Positions 8,668 to 18,263 of a stretch of DNA of 64,000 nt are shown one piece after another. The notes below the pieces were generated by a model, which ran no database searches, had not been told where the DNA came from, and worked only from the letters and a program-made list of their open reading frames with translations. The position numbers and the translations under genes are program-made. The DNA is taken from NCBI GenBank assembly GCA_963707435.1, contig CAVPPF010000007.1, positions 356,900-420,899 on the forward strand, read 5' to 3'. Every line of letters starts with the position of its first letter. The first letter of the stretch is position 1. Source of the DNA: an uncultured Actinomycetota bacterium. Lineage in GTDB: Bacteria; Actinomycetota; Acidimicrobiia; Spongiisociales; UBA4744.

Positions 8668-10725
8668 TCAGTCCTCTTCCTTTTGTTTGGCCGCCGCGAT
8701 CACCTTGTCGGCCTCGTTCTGTGGCATTTCCTGGTAGTGATCGAACTCCAGTTCGAAGATGCCGCGGCCGCCCGTGATCGAGCGCAGATCGATGGTGTAC
8801 CGCTGCATCTCGGCCAGCGGCACCTCGGCGGTGACCACGCGCAGCCGTCCGTCCGAGTCCATGCCGAGGACCCGGCCCCGCTTGGCGTTCAGGTCGCCGA
8901 TCACATCGCCCATGTACTCCTCGGGAACCTTGATCGAGGCTTTGACGATCGGTTCCAGGAGCGCCGGCCGAAGGCTGGCGGCGGCCGCTCGGACCGCCAG
9001 GATGCCCGCCATCCGGAATGACAACTCGTCTGAATCGACGGCGTGGTACTTGCCGTCGTAGACGGTGGCCCGCACGTCGATCGTGGGGTAGCCGGCCAGG
9101 ATGCCCCGGTCGAGACCCTCCTGGATGCCCTTGTCGACCGCCGGGATGTATTGACGCGGGATCGAGCCGCCCTTGATGCCGTTCACGAACTCATATCCGG
9201 TGCCGCGGGGCAGTGGTTCGAAGCGGACGAACGCCACCCCGAACTGCCCCCTGCCACCGCTCTGCTTCTTGTGCTTGCCTTCGGCTTCGGCGGTTGCCGT
9301 GATCGTCTCGCGGTAGGGGACGGTCGGCACGGCGGTGTCAACCTCGACGCCGAATTTGCGAGCCAGCCGGGCCACCGTCACATCGAGATGGGTGTCGCCG
9401 AGACCGGACAGCACCGTCTCCTTGGTTTCGGCCCTTCGTTCGACCTCGAGCGTCGGGTCTTCGTCGGAGAGTCTCGCCAGCGCGGTCGACAGCTTCTCCT
9501 CGTCCTGTGCTGCCTTCGGGAAGACGGCGAGACTCATCACCGGTTTCGGGAAAGGAACCGGAGCGAGTCGAACATTTGATCCGTGGCTCCGCAACGTTTC
9601 CCCGGCTACCACGGCGTCCAGCTTGGCTACGGCGGCGATGTCCCCGGTGACCACCTCCGGGGCATCGTGGTGATCTTTGCCCTGCATGAAGAACAGGTTG
9701 TGCATCCGTACTTTGGCGCCGTCGGAGGCTTGTTCCAGCTCGTCGTCGGCGCGGACTCGTCCCGAGAACACCCGGAACAAGGAGACACGCCCGACGTAGG
9801 GATCGGAGATGGTCTTGAAAACGTAGGCAATGGTCGGCCCGGTGGGATCGACGGCCAACCCATCACCTTCGGCCAGAGGCGGCGAGGAATGTTCGAGGGG
9901 TTTGGGGCCGAAATCGACGATGAAGTCGGCGAGCGTGTCGATGCCGATCAGCTTGGCGGCAGATCCGATGAGTACCGGAAAGACTTCGCTCTCCAGCATG
10001 CCCTGGTGGATGACCTCGACCATCTGTTCCCGGCTCGGTTCTTCCCCTTCGAAGTACTTCTCCATCAATTCGTCGTCGGTCTCCACGACAGACTCAACGA
10101 GGGAGGTGTGGGTCTCCTGGACGGTTGCAGCCAGGTCGGCCGGGGGGTCGGCGGGAGAACCTATTGCGCTTCCGCCCGTGTACAGATGCGCACGATTGGA
10201 GACGATGCGGACCAGGCCGGACAGTTCGTTTTCCGATCCGATCGGCATGTGCACCGGTGCGATCTGCTTGCCGAAGGCTTCCTGCAGTTCGGATAGGGTG
10301 CGAGCGTAGGACGAACGTTCCCGGTCGAGCTTGTTGATGAACACCGCTCGCGGTATGCCTTCCTCAGTGGCCATGTCCCAGAGGATTTCCGTCTGCACCT
10401 CGACTCCGTCGACGCCGGAGACCACGAAGAGAGCGAGGTCTGCGGCCCGGAGCGCGGATCGGGCGTCACCGAGAAAGCCGGCGTAGCCGGGAGCGTCGAT
10501 GATGTTGACCTTGTGGCCCTTCCAGGTGAAGGAGGCGAGGGCGACACTGAGCGATATCTGCCGCTCGATCTCCTCGGGCTCGAAATCGGTGACCGTATTG
10601 CCATCCTCGACGCGGCCCACCCGGGTCGTCGCTCCTGCAGTGAAAAGGAGGGCTTCGGCGAGCGACGTCTTACCGCTCCCTCCATGACCGACCAGCACAA
10701 CATTCCTGATCTTCTCCGGAACCAC
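8668..10725 (-). CDS. elongation factor G paralog (EF-G-like GTPase)
   Basis: P-loop VGHGGSGKTSL, NKLD motif and EF-G domains II-V (..GVAFVRFEPLPRG.., ..RATVYDGKYHAVDSDELSFRMAG..). The G3 motif reads IIDAPGYAGF rather than the canonical DTPGH. Start chosen at GTG (complement 10723-10725) after GAGGAGG; the upstream 55-codon extension is rejected. It is not the str-operon fusA. Confidence 0.8.
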   Translation of the reverse strand: MVPEKIRNVVLVGHGGSGKTSLAEALLFTAGATTRVGRVEDGNTVTDFEPEEIERQISLSVALASFTWKGHKVNIIDAPGYAGFLGDARSALRAADLALFVVSGVDGVEVQTEILWDMATEEGIPRAVFINKLDRERSSYARTLSELQEAFGKQIAPVHMPIGSENELSGLVRIVSNRAHLYTGGSAIGSPADPPADLAATVQETHTSLVESVVETDDELMEKYFEGEEPSREQMVEVIHQGMLESEVFPVLIGSAAKLIGIDTLADFIVDFGPKPLEHSSPPLAEGDGLAVDPTGPTIAYVFKTISDPYVGRVSLFRVFSGRVRADDELEQASDGAKVRMHNLFFMQGKDHHDAPEVVTGDIAAVAKLDAVVAGETLRSHGSNVRLAPVPFPKPVMSLAVFPKAAQDEEKLSTALARLSDEDPTLEVERRAETKETVLSGLGDTHLDVTVARLARKFGVEVDTAVPTVPYRETITATAEAEGKHKKQSGGRGQFGVAFVRFEPLPRGTGYEFVNGIKGGSIPRQYIPAVDKGIQEGLDRGILAGYPTIDVRATVYDGKYHAVDSDELSFRMAGILAVRAAAASLRPALLEPIVKASIKVPEEYMGDVIGDLNAKRGRVLGMDSDGRLRVVTAEVPLAEMQRYTIDLRSITGGRGIFELEFDHYQEMPQNEADKVIAAAKQKEED

Positions 10726-10819
10726 AGAACCTCCTCTGGCGCTCAGGTTTGTTCGAATTGTAGTGAGCCGAAACCAGGCCCGGACCTGTGTGCTACCTTC
10801 CGTTGCCCAAGGAGCACCC

Positions 10820-11392
10820 GTGATCGAAACCATCGTCCGTCCCCGGATCGGCAGAGCCCTGCAGGCGGTGGGTCGGAGACTTGCCGCCACCGGGCTCCGA
10901 CCGGCTTATCTGACCATGGCGGGTCTGCTGCTCACGGTGGTCGGCGCATACCTCGTTGCCCGGGATCTGCTGGTGGTCGGCGGCTCACTGGTGGCGGCCG
11001 GGTCCTTCGTCGATGCTCTGGATGGACCGCTGGCACGTGAGCTCGGGATCGCGGGACCCCGGGGAGCCGTTCTCGACTCCGTGACCGACAGGATCGGGGA
11101 GGCAGCGATGTTCGCCGGGGTCGGGTACCTGGTTGCTCCTGATCCGTTGCTCGTGGCCGTGGCCATGGCAGGTTTGGGAGGCTCGCTCGTGACCTCGTAC
11201 GTGCGGGCCAAAGTCGAGGCGAGCGGCGTGGACGGCCGGGCAGGTCTGATCGGACGAGCGGAACGGGTCATTGTGTACTGCATCGGGGTGATCACCGGGC
11301 TCGTCGGCCCCATGCTGTGGGCGATGGCAGTCCTGACCTGGTTGACCGTGGTCCAGCGAAGTGTTGTTGCCTGGCGCCGGCTCGAGCCGTGA
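10820..11392 (+). CDS. CDP-alcohol phosphatidyltransferase (phosphatidylinositol-phosphate synthase-like)
   Basis: DALDGPLARELGIAGPRGAVLDSVTDRIGE matches the CDP-OH phosphotransferase signature D-G-x2-A-R-x8-G-x3-D-x3-D, and the protein is multi-TM. GTG at 10820 follows AAGGAG. It sits at the position pgsA1 occupies in the mycobacterial thrS-pgsA1-acyltransferase-pimA cluster. Confidence 0.75.
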   Translation: MIETIVRPRIGRALQAVGRRLAATGLRPAYLTMAGLLLTVVGAYLVARDLLVVGGSLVAAGSFVDALDGPLARELGIAGPRGAVLDSVTDRIGEAAMFAGVGYLVAPDPLLVAVAMAGLGGSLVTSYVRAKVEASGVDGRAGLIGRAERVIVYCIGVITGLVGPMLWAMAVLTWLTVVQRSVVAWRRLEP

Positions 11393-12267
11393 GGGGGGCG
11401 CTCGAGTATTTCGCATACCGTGGAGCGGCTGCCGTTCTCGGACTGCTTCCGGAACCCTGGATGCGACGGGTGGGGAGTGCCATTGGATCGTTCGTCTACT
11501 CGCACGCAGGACCCCGCAAACACATGGCGATCCGCCACATGACGAGGGCACTGGGATCGGAGCGTGACGTGGAAGAGGCTGCCCGGAGGGCGTTTGCCGC
11601 CTACGGCCGGTACTGGGCGGAGGTCTTGTGGGTTCGCCCGCGCCGGGTGCCCGGCGTGCTGGCCGGGATCACCCTCGAAGGTCTCGACTACATCAAGCAG
11701 GCCCAGGCCACGGGCCGCGGGATGATCTACGTACTTCCCCACATCGGGAACTGGGAGGTGGCCGGCAGCGTTGCGCTCGATCTCGGACTCGAGTTGATCG
11801 CCGTCGCCGAAGACCTACCCAACCCGCGCCTGGCCAGATGGTTCGCCGGTGTCCGCAAAGCGTTCGGCATCGACGTCGTGTTCGCAGATGGGAGCCCCAG
11901 GGTGATGGCATCTCTGGCAGATGGATTGCGGCGCGGTGCGGCCATCGCCCTGGTGACGGATCGAAACGTCGGAGCGGGTGGGTCGAACGTGGTCTTCTTC
12001 GGTGAGAGGACCGAGTTGCCGTCGGGCGCGGCCCTGCTGGCGGCCCGTTTCGACGTGCCGGTGTTCCCGGTGGCCGCCTTCTTTGCTTCCGGGGCAGGCC
12101 ACCACATCGTGATCGAGCCACCGGTCGACCTGCCCGCCAAGGGGGCCGATCGCGTGACCGCAGGCACCCAGCGGATCGCCGAGGCGCTCGAACGACTCAT
12201 CCGCAGGGACCCGACGCAATGGCACATCCTGCAACCGAACTGGCCGTCTGATCGCTCCGCATCATGA
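11389..12267 (+). CDS. lysophospholipid/PIM acyltransferase (HtrB/MsbB LPLAT family)
   Basis: ..YVLPHIGNWEVAG.. carries the H(x4)D-like acyltransferase motif and ..ALVTDRNVGAGG.. is present. GTG overlaps the upstream stop (GTGA). Position matches the mycobacterial PIM acyltransferase between pgsA1 and pimA. Confidence 0.7.
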   Translation: MRGALEYFAYRGAAAVLGLLPEPWMRRVGSAIGSFVYSHAGPRKHMAIRHMTRALGSERDVEEAARRAFAAYGRYWAEVLWVRPRRVPGVLAGITLEGLDYIKQAQATGRGMIYVLPHIGNWEVAGSVALDLGLELIAVAEDLPNPRLARWFAGVRKAFGIDVVFADGSPRVMASLADGLRRGAAIALVTDRNVGAGGSNVVFFGERTELPSGAALLAARFDVPVFPVAAFFASGAGHHIVIEPPVDLPAKGADRVTAGTQRIAEALERLIRRDPTQWHILQPNWPSDRSAS

Positions 12268-13301
12268 GGATCGCCGTTGTCTGCCCCTATTCCATCGATG
12301 TCCCGGGCGGCGTTCAGGCACAGGCCACCGGGCTCGTAGAGGGCATCCGGGCTGCCGGTCATGAGGCCTGGCTGGTTGCTCCCGGGATCACCGGACCACC
12401 CGAAACGAGGTTGTTGGGCCCCCCGGTCGGCCTGAGGGTCAACGGATCGGTTGCGCCGATTGCGTTGCACCCCGCCACGATCGCTCGTGTTCGGAAAGCC
12501 GTCTCCGACGCCGATGTGGTTCATGTGCATGAGCCGTTTGCGGCACCCACATCACCGGCGGCCTTTCTGGGTTCCCGGCCGCCGGCGATCGGGACCTTCC
12601 ATGCCGATCCCGCGGGAGCGATCAAGAACCTCTACCGGGTAGCCCGTCCCGGCTTGCGGCAGATCGCGGCCCGGTTGCAGGCTGTGACGGCCGTCAGCCG
12701 GGCGGCGGCCGCGGCCGTCGACCGGCTGGTAGACCAGTGCGTCATCATTCCGAATGCCATCGATACGAAGTCATTCTCCCTGGATGTCGCGCGCCGGCCC
12801 CATCGGGTCGTGTTCGTCGGCCGGGACGAGCCGCGCAAGGGCCTCGACGTGCTGCTGGCTGCCTGGACCCGGGTGCGTTCCGCAGTGCCGGACGCGGAAC
12901 TCGTCGTGCTGGGAGCGGATCGAGGTGATTTCCCCGACGGCGTTCGCTACCTGGGGCTCACCGTCGGAATCGAGAAGCGAACGCTGCTGGCCGGGGCGGC
13001 CGTGTACTGCGCTCCCAACCTCGGCTACGAGAGTTTCGGGATCGGGCTGGTCGAAGCGATGGCGGCCGGATGCGCTCCGGTGATTTCGGATCTGCCGGCC
13101 TTCCGAGCCGTGGCCGGTGCGGCCGCCCGGTATGCACCGGTGGGAAACCCGCACCTCCTGGCAGACGAGTTGATTGCGTCGTTGCGCGATTCGAGCGAGA
13201 CGCAGACACGGGGGAAGCAGGCCGTTGCAGCAGCTTCCGTCTACGACTGGACGTACGTGCTCCCGAAGTACCTGGACCTCTATTCGCGTATTGCGAAGTA
13301 A
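12264..13301 (+). CDS. GT4-family glycosyltransferase (PimA-like mannosyltransferase)
   Basis: ATGA-coupled to the upstream gene. ..FVGRDEPRKGLDVLLAAW... and ESFGIGLVEAMAAGCAPVISDLPAF are the GT-B/GT4 EX7E region. Synteny with pimA. Confidence 0.75.
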   Translation: MRIAVVCPYSIDVPGGVQAQATGLVEGIRAAGHEAWLVAPGITGPPETRLLGPPVGLRVNGSVAPIALHPATIARVRKAVSDADVVHVHEPFAAPTSPAAFLGSRPPAIGTFHADPAGAIKNLYRVARPGLRQIAARLQAVTAVSRAAAAAVDRLVDQCVIIPNAIDTKSFSLDVARRPHRVVFVGRDEPRKGLDVLLAAWTRVRSAVPDAELVVLGADRGDFPDGVRYLGLTVGIEKRTLLAGAAVYCAPNLGYESFGIGLVEAMAAGCAPVISDLPAFRAVAGAAARYAPVGNPHLLADELIASLRDSSETQTRGKQAVAAASVYDWTYVLPKYLDLYSRIAK

Positions 13302-13317
13302 CCTTCCCATTCTTCCT

Positions 13318-14430
13318 ATGCAAGCTCTTCGTGAAACCATTTCGTCGCTGACGATCCGGCAGCGGTGGTGGCTCGCCGCTGGCGCGGCTGCCCTCCTGGT
13401 GCTCATTGTGGTGCTCGTGGTGATTGCCGGAGCCGGCGATGACCCCGTCGAAACGACCACGACGACGACCCTCGTGCCGACCACGACCCCGTCCACAACT
13501 ACCTCGTCGACGACCTCGACATCAACGACGACTACGACGTTGTTCGCCGGCGACGTGTGGCCCCTGACCGGGCTGCCCGTGCTGGAAGGCGATCCCACGG
13601 ACCCGATTCTGGCGGTGAAGATCGACAACACTTCGACGTCTCGACCGCAGGAAGGGCTCGCTTCCGCCGACCTCGTTTTCGACATACCGGTTGAGGGAGG
13701 GATCTCCCGGTTCCTGGCGCTCTATCAGTCCCGGATTCCTGCCGAGATTGGTCCGGTCCGCAGCGTGCGGGAGGTCGACCCCAAGCTGCTTTCACCCTTC
13801 GCGAGCTTCGTGGCCTATTCCGGCGGTGATGCCGGCGTGGTTGCATCGTTGCGGCAGGTTGCTACCGATCTGGGGGATCCGGTGCTTGGTTCGGTCGCCT
13901 ATCGGAGAGCCGGCGATCGTCCCGCCCCGTACGATCTGATGCTCGATCCCGAGGCAGCCCTCGCCACCGTCGACGATCCCCTCGGGACGGACGGTCCGTG
14001 GCTGTCGTTTGGCGACGGAACCGAGGGAGCAACGGCCCTGACCATCGAAATCAGTTCCTCCAATCGTCACCAGGTGACCTACGGATATTCGGAGACCGAC
14101 GGTGGCTATCTCAGATTTCACCGGACCCAACCGCATCTCGACGCTACCGATGACCAGATCGTGGCCACCAATGTGATCGTCCTGGTCGTCGAGGAACTCG
14201 AAACCGGGCGCACCGACTCCAGCGGCGCCCCCGTCCCGGACTACAACGTTGTGGGTACCGGCGAAGCCGTCGTATTCCGGGATGGGGTTGCCGTCGCCGG
14301 GCGCTGGGAACGGGGCCGGCTCACCGATTTTTTCCGGCTGTTCGACGATTCCGGCAACGAGATCAACCTTGCACCGGGTACGACCTGGATCCATGTGATC
14401 CCCGAGGGCCGAACCTTCCGGTGGCGATAG
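13318..14430 (+). CDS. DUF3048-like secreted/membrane-anchored protein with Thr/Ser/Pro-rich linker
   Basis: Start MQALRETISS at ATG 13318. An N-terminal TM (WWLAAGAAALLVLIVVLVVIAGAG) is followed by TTTTTLVPTTTPSTTTSSTTSTSTTTTT and a globular domain (..ILAVKIDNTSTSRPQEGL.., ..YRRAGDRPAPYDLMLDP..) that I associate with DUF3048 (YerB-like). The upstream ORF extension overlapping pimA is rejected. Confidence 0.55.
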   Translation: MQALRETISSLTIRQRWWLAAGAAALLVLIVVLVVIAGAGDDPVETTTTTTLVPTTTPSTTTSSTTSTSTTTTTLFAGDVWPLTGLPVLEGDPTDPILAVKIDNTSTSRPQEGLASADLVFDIPVEGGISRFLALYQSRIPAEIGPVRSVREVDPKLLSPFASFVAYSGGDAGVVASLRQVATDLGDPVLGSVAYRRAGDRPAPYDLMLDPEAALATVDDPLGTDGPWLSFGDGTEGATALTIEISSSNRHQVTYGYSETDGGYLRFHRTQPHLDATDDQIVATNVIVLVVEELETGRTDSSGAPVPDYNVVGTGEAVVFRDGVAVAGRWERGRLTDFFRLFDDSGNEINLAPGTTWIHVIPEGRTFRWR

Positions 14431-14454
14431 AATTGAGGGGGAACAAGGAGCAAC

Positions 14455-15339
14455 ATGGTGGAATCAGGAACTGATCGAGTCAAGCGCGGGCTGGCGGAGA
14501 TGCTCAAGGGCGGCGTCATCATGGACGTCGTCAATGCCGACCAGGCCAAGATCGCCGAAGAGGCTGGTGCCGTCGCCGTGATGGCTCTCGAGCGCGTACC
14601 GGCCGACATCCGCAAGGATGGCGGCGTGGCCAGGATGGCCGACCCGGAGAAGATCCAGGAGATCATCGACTCGGTGAGTATCCCGGTGATGGGCAAGGTA
14701 CGGATCGGGCATTTTGTGGAGGCGCAGGTCCTGCAGGCGCTCGGGGTCGACTACATCGATGAGAGCGAAGTGCTCACCCCGGCCGACGAGGAGAACCACA
14801 TCGACAAGTGGTCGTTCACTACCCCCTTTGTGTGCGGAGCCAGGAACCTCGGTGAAGCGTTGCGCAGGATCGGGGAGGGCGCCGCCATGATCCGCACCAA
14901 GGGCGAGGCCGGCACCGGGAACGTTGTCGAAGCCGTTCGCCACATGCGGACGATGAATCGCGAGATCCGGGCGCTCTCGACGATGGAACCGGGCGAGCTG
15001 ATGGCGGCCGCCAAGATGATGGGGGCGCCGTTTGACCTCGTTCAGGAAATCGCCGAATCCGGCGGACTGCCCGTCGTCAATTTCGCCGCAGGCGGGATTG
15101 CCACCCCCTCCGACGCCGCCTTGATGATGCAGCTGGGCTGCGACGGGGTCTTCGTCGGGTCCGGAATCTTCAAGTCGGACGATCCGGCCCCACGCGCTCA
15201 GGCGATCGTCGAAGCAGTGACCTTCTACGACACGCCGGCAACGATCGCCAAGGTGTCGGCCGGGCTCGGCGAAGCGATGGTCGGCATCGAGATGGGGACG
15301 TTGAGCGAATCCGAGCTCCTGCAGAAGCGGGGCTGGTAG
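14455..15339 (+). CDS. pdxS: pyridoxal 5'-phosphate synthase, lyase subunit
   Basis: [44 protein letters not shown]...[20 protein letters not shown] is near-identical to PdxS family proteins. AAGGAG RBS. Confidence 0.92.
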   Translation: MVESGTDRVKRGLAEMLKGGVIMDVVNADQAKIAEEAGAVAVMALERVPADIRKDGGVARMADPEKIQEIIDSVSIPVMGKVRIGHFVEAQVLQALGVDYIDESEVLTPADEENHIDKWSFTTPFVCGARNLGEALRRIGEGAAMIRTKGEAGTGNVVEAVRHMRTMNREIRALSTMEPGELMAAAKMMGAPFDLVQEIAESGGLPVVNFAAGGIATPSDAALMMQLGCDGVFVGSGIFKSDDPAPRAQAIVEAVTFYDTPATIAKVSAGLGEAMVGIEMGTLSESELLQKRGW

Positions 15340-15342
15340 AAC

Positions 15343-15936
15343 GTGCCGACGGTTGGCGTGCTCGCCCTGCAGGGCGATGTTCGGGAGCATGCCGACGCAG
15401 TTGAGGCCCTCGATGAAACCTGGAAGCCGGTCCGCCGTCCCGAGGATCTGGAAGCCGTCGACGCTCTGATCATTCCCGGAGGCGAGTCAACCACGATCGG
15501 GAAACTCGCCACGAGGTACGGGCTCATGGAGCCACTCCGCCGGGCCATCTCAGCCGGATTGCCGACCCTGGGGACCTGTGCGGGCATGATCTTCCTGGCG
15601 GCCGGGGTCACCGAAGGCGTTCAACCCCAACTCGGGGTTCTGGACGTGATCATCGAGCGGAACGCGTTTGGCCGTCAGAATGAGTCCTTTGAGGTCGACC
15701 TGGACGTCGCCGGCTTCGACGATCCCATGCACGCCGTGTTCATCCGTGCTCCGCGGGTGTCCAAGGCCGGGGCCGGGGTCGAGATTCTTGCGGCCGTCGA
15801 CGAGTATCCGGTCATGGTTCGTCAAGGGAACATCCTGGCGATCTCGTTCCATCCGGAACTGACCGGCGACCTTCGAATCCATACAATGGTGTTCGAGGCT
15901 GTCGAAGAACGGGTTCGTACCAACGGAGAACGCTGA
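15343..15936 (+). CDS. pdxT: pyridoxal 5'-phosphate synthase, glutaminase subunit
   Basis: [13 protein letters not shown]...[13 protein letters not shown]...[10 protein letters not shown] are PdxT class I glutamine amidotransferase motifs. GTG start 4 nt after the pdxS stop. Confidence 0.9.
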   Translation: MPTVGVLALQGDVREHADAVEALDETWKPVRRPEDLEAVDALIIPGGESTTIGKLATRYGLMEPLRRAISAGLPTLGTCAGMIFLAAGVTEGVQPQLGVLDVIIERNAFGRQNESFEVDLDVAGFDDPMHAVFIRAPRVSKAGAGVEILAAVDEYPVMVRQGNILAISFHPELTGDLRIHTMVFEAVEERVRTNGER

Positions 15937-16682
15937 TGTCCGGACATTCCAAGTGGTCGACGATCAAGCACAAGAAGGGTGCCAAGGACGCCAAGCGAGG
16001 CAAACTCTTCGCCAAGCTGGTCAAGGTCGTCGAGGTGGCAGCGCGCGAGGGCGGCGGCGACCCGGCGGCGAACGCCACACTGTCCAACGCAATCGACAAG
16101 GCCCGGGCCGCATCGGTGCCCAATGACAACATCGAGCGGGCGATCAAGCGGGGTATCGGAGAGGTCGAGGGGGCCAGCTACGAGGAGATGTACTACGAGG
16201 GGTATGCCCCCGGCGGGGTAGCTCTGTACGTGCAGATTCTGACCGACAATCGAAACCGGGCGTCTTCGGATGTGCGGGCCGCCTTCAGCCGCAACGGAGG
16301 CAACCTTGGAGAACCCGGCTCGGTTTCCTACCTCTTCGAGCAGAAGGGCTATTTGCTGGTGGGCGGCAACGAGGATGATGTGATGCTGGCGGCACTCGAG
16401 GCCGGCGCCGAAGATGTGCGGGAGTCCGACGGACAGTTCGAAGTCATCTGCGCAGCATCTGATCTTCGCACCGTCAAGGGTGCGCTGTCTGCCGCGGGAC
16501 TCTCCATCGAGGATGCCGAGGTGACCCAGCTGCCGAGCACGACCATCCCCGTCGACGAGAAGACCGCACCCAAGGTCCTGCGATTGATCGACGCACTGGA
16601 GGATCTCGACGACGTTCAGAGCGTGTATGCGAATTTCGACATCGCCGACGACGTCATGGCCGAGCTGGCGGCCGGAAGTTAG
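15936..16682 (+). CDS. yebC: YebC/PmpR-family transcriptional regulator
   Basis: [28 protein letters not shown]... is the canonical YebC N-terminus. Start overlaps the pdxT stop. Confidence 0.9.
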   Translation: MSGHSKWSTIKHKKGAKDAKRGKLFAKLVKVVEVAAREGGGDPAANATLSNAIDKARAASVPNDNIERAIKRGIGEVEGASYEEMYYEGYAPGGVALYVQILTDNRNRASSDVRAAFSRNGGNLGEPGSVSYLFEQKGYLLVGGNEDDVMLAALEAGAEDVRESDGQFEVICAASDLRTVKGALSAAGLSIEDAEVTQLPSTTIPVDEKTAPKVLRLIDALEDLDDVQSVYANFDIADDVMAELAAGS

Positions 16683-17071
16683 CCGTCGAGAGCGCCGGGG
16701 TCGTCCGGAACATCCACTGCGTGTTCGGTGAGGATGGAGAGCGGGACGATGTCGAGAGCTCGCTCGTGCGTGGACGCCAGCACCACCGGGGCGGCCACCC
16801 CGTCGCGGTGCGCTCGCAACCAGTTCACCGCCGTCACACACCAGCGGTCGCCGGGTACCAGCCCGGGAAACCGGTACTGCGGCAGCGGGGTACTGAGGTC
16901 GTTGCCGATCCGCCGCTGATGGTCGAGGAACTCCGCCGTGACGACGACGCAGACGGTATGGCTGCCGCGGTCTTCAGGGCTTGTGTGACACGAGCCGTCC
17001 CGGTAGAACCCGGTCAGAGGCTCTGTCCCGCACGGCTCCAGTGGGGTGCCCAGGACATTGTTTCCGTTCAC
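16679..17071 (-). CDS. DUF2237-family small protein
   Basis: [102 protein letters not shown] matches the DUF2237 pattern as I recall it. GTG start (complement 17069-17071) is my choice, and the longer extension in the ORF track is rejected. Confidence 0.55.
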   Translation of the reverse strand: MNGNNVLGTPLEPCGTEPLTGFYRDGSCHTSPEDRGSHTVCVVVTAEFLDHQRRIGNDLSTPLPQYRFPGLVPGDRWCVTAVNWLRAHRDGVAAPVVLASTHERALDIVPLSILTEHAVDVPDDPGALDG

Positions 17072-17205
17072 GCCGCCAGTATGGCCGATAGGGGAGCGGG
17101 ATGCCTGTGGTGAGCACCGATCGGCTCGTGAAGAACCACTCGTGCCATCCTGACGCCCCACAAAACCACGGTCCTGTCTCGCTCTCGCTCTACACTCCCG
17201 TACAT

Positions 17206-17694
17206 ATGTTCGTCCTTGGAATCGACCCCGGTCTCACGACCACGGGATACGGATTGATAGCGCCGGGTCCGCGGGCCGAAGTAGCAGGCGTGATCCGCAC
17301 CAGCCCCAAAACACCGGTTGCCCAACGGCTTCTGGAGTTGTTCCGTGATCTTTCCATCCTCGTGGCCGAGTATCAGCCCGCAGTCGTGGCCATCGAACAG
17401 GTCTTCTCGAACCGGAACGTGCAGACGGTCGCGAACGTCGGGCGCGCCTCCGGGGTGGCCATGCTGGTCGCGGCGCACGCGGGCCTCCAGGTCCACGAGT
17501 ACACACCATCCAGCGTGAAACGGGCCGTGGCCGGCTACGGCAACGCACCGAAAGAACAGGTTCAGAGGATGGTTGCCCAGCGTCTCGGCCTGGCTGAGTT
17601 GCCCCGCCCGGCGGATGCCGCCGACGCCCTGGCGGTTGCCCTGTGCCATCTCCAGGGGGCTGCCCTCCTCGAGCGGGTGGAGGCGGCGAGATGA
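17206..17694 (+). CDS. ruvC: crossover junction endodeoxyribonuclease
   Basis: MFVLGIDPGLTTTGYGLI...AVAIEQVF...DAADALAVAL are the RuvC catalytic-acid regions. The 35-codon upstream extension in the ORF track is rejected. Confidence 0.88.
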   Translation: MFVLGIDPGLTTTGYGLIAPGPRAEVAGVIRTSPKTPVAQRLLELFRDLSILVAEYQPAVVAIEQVFSNRNVQTVANVGRASGVAMLVAAHAGLQVHEYTPSSVKRAVAGYGNAPKEQVQRMVAQRLGLAELPRPADAADALAVALCHLQGAALLERVEAAR

Positions 17695-18263
17695 TCGGCC
17701 GCCTGCGGGGGACGCTCGTTTCCATGCGCGCAACGGGCGTGGTGCTCGACGTTGGGGGAGTCGGCTACGAGGTTGTGGTCACGCCCCGCACCGTTGCCGA
17801 TCTCCCCGGAGTGGGCGAAGAGGTTGTGCTGCACACCCATCTGGTCGTACGCGAGGATGCGATGCTGCTGCACGGCTTCGGGAGTGAGACCGAACGTGAC
17901 CTCTTTCGGATTCTCCTCAGCGCTTCCGGTATTGGACCAAAGGTTGCGATGGCGACCCTGGGAGCCCTGCAGGCAGATGAGCTGCGGCGGGCGATTGCCG
18001 CGGAGGATGTCGATGCCCTCACCACGGTGCCCGGCATCGGGAAACGGGGCGCCCAGAAGATGGTGCTCGAGCTGAAGCCCAAGATCACAACAACCGACGC
18101 CGAGTCGGTGGTCGGGGCGAGTACCGTTTCCCAGGTGCGGGAAGCACTCGAGGGACTCGGCTACGAGGCCGTTGAGATCCGGGAGGTCCTGGCCGATATC
18201 GAGCCGGATGCGCCCGTCGCCGATCAGCTGCGGCAGGCGCTCCGAAGTCTGGGAAGAGGATGA
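17691..18263 (+). CDS. ruvA: Holliday junction branch migration protein
   Basis: [26 protein letters not shown] (HhH motifs). ATGA overlap with the ruvC stop. Confidence 0.88.
   Translation: MIGRLRGTLVSMRATGVVLDVGGVGYEVVVTPRTVADLPGVGEEVVLHTHLVVREDAMLLHGFGSETERDLFRILLSASGIGPKVAMATLGALQADELRRAIAAEDVDALTTVPGIGKRGAQKMVLELKPKITTTDAESVVGASTVSQVREALEGLGYEAVEIREVLADIEPDAPVADQLRQALRSLGRG

Noticed and set aside
16721-17113. 130 aa plus-strand ORF over the DUF2237 gene
   Set aside because: The translation is low-complexity Arg/His-rich. The minus-strand frame carries the conserved [20 protein letters not shown] pattern.
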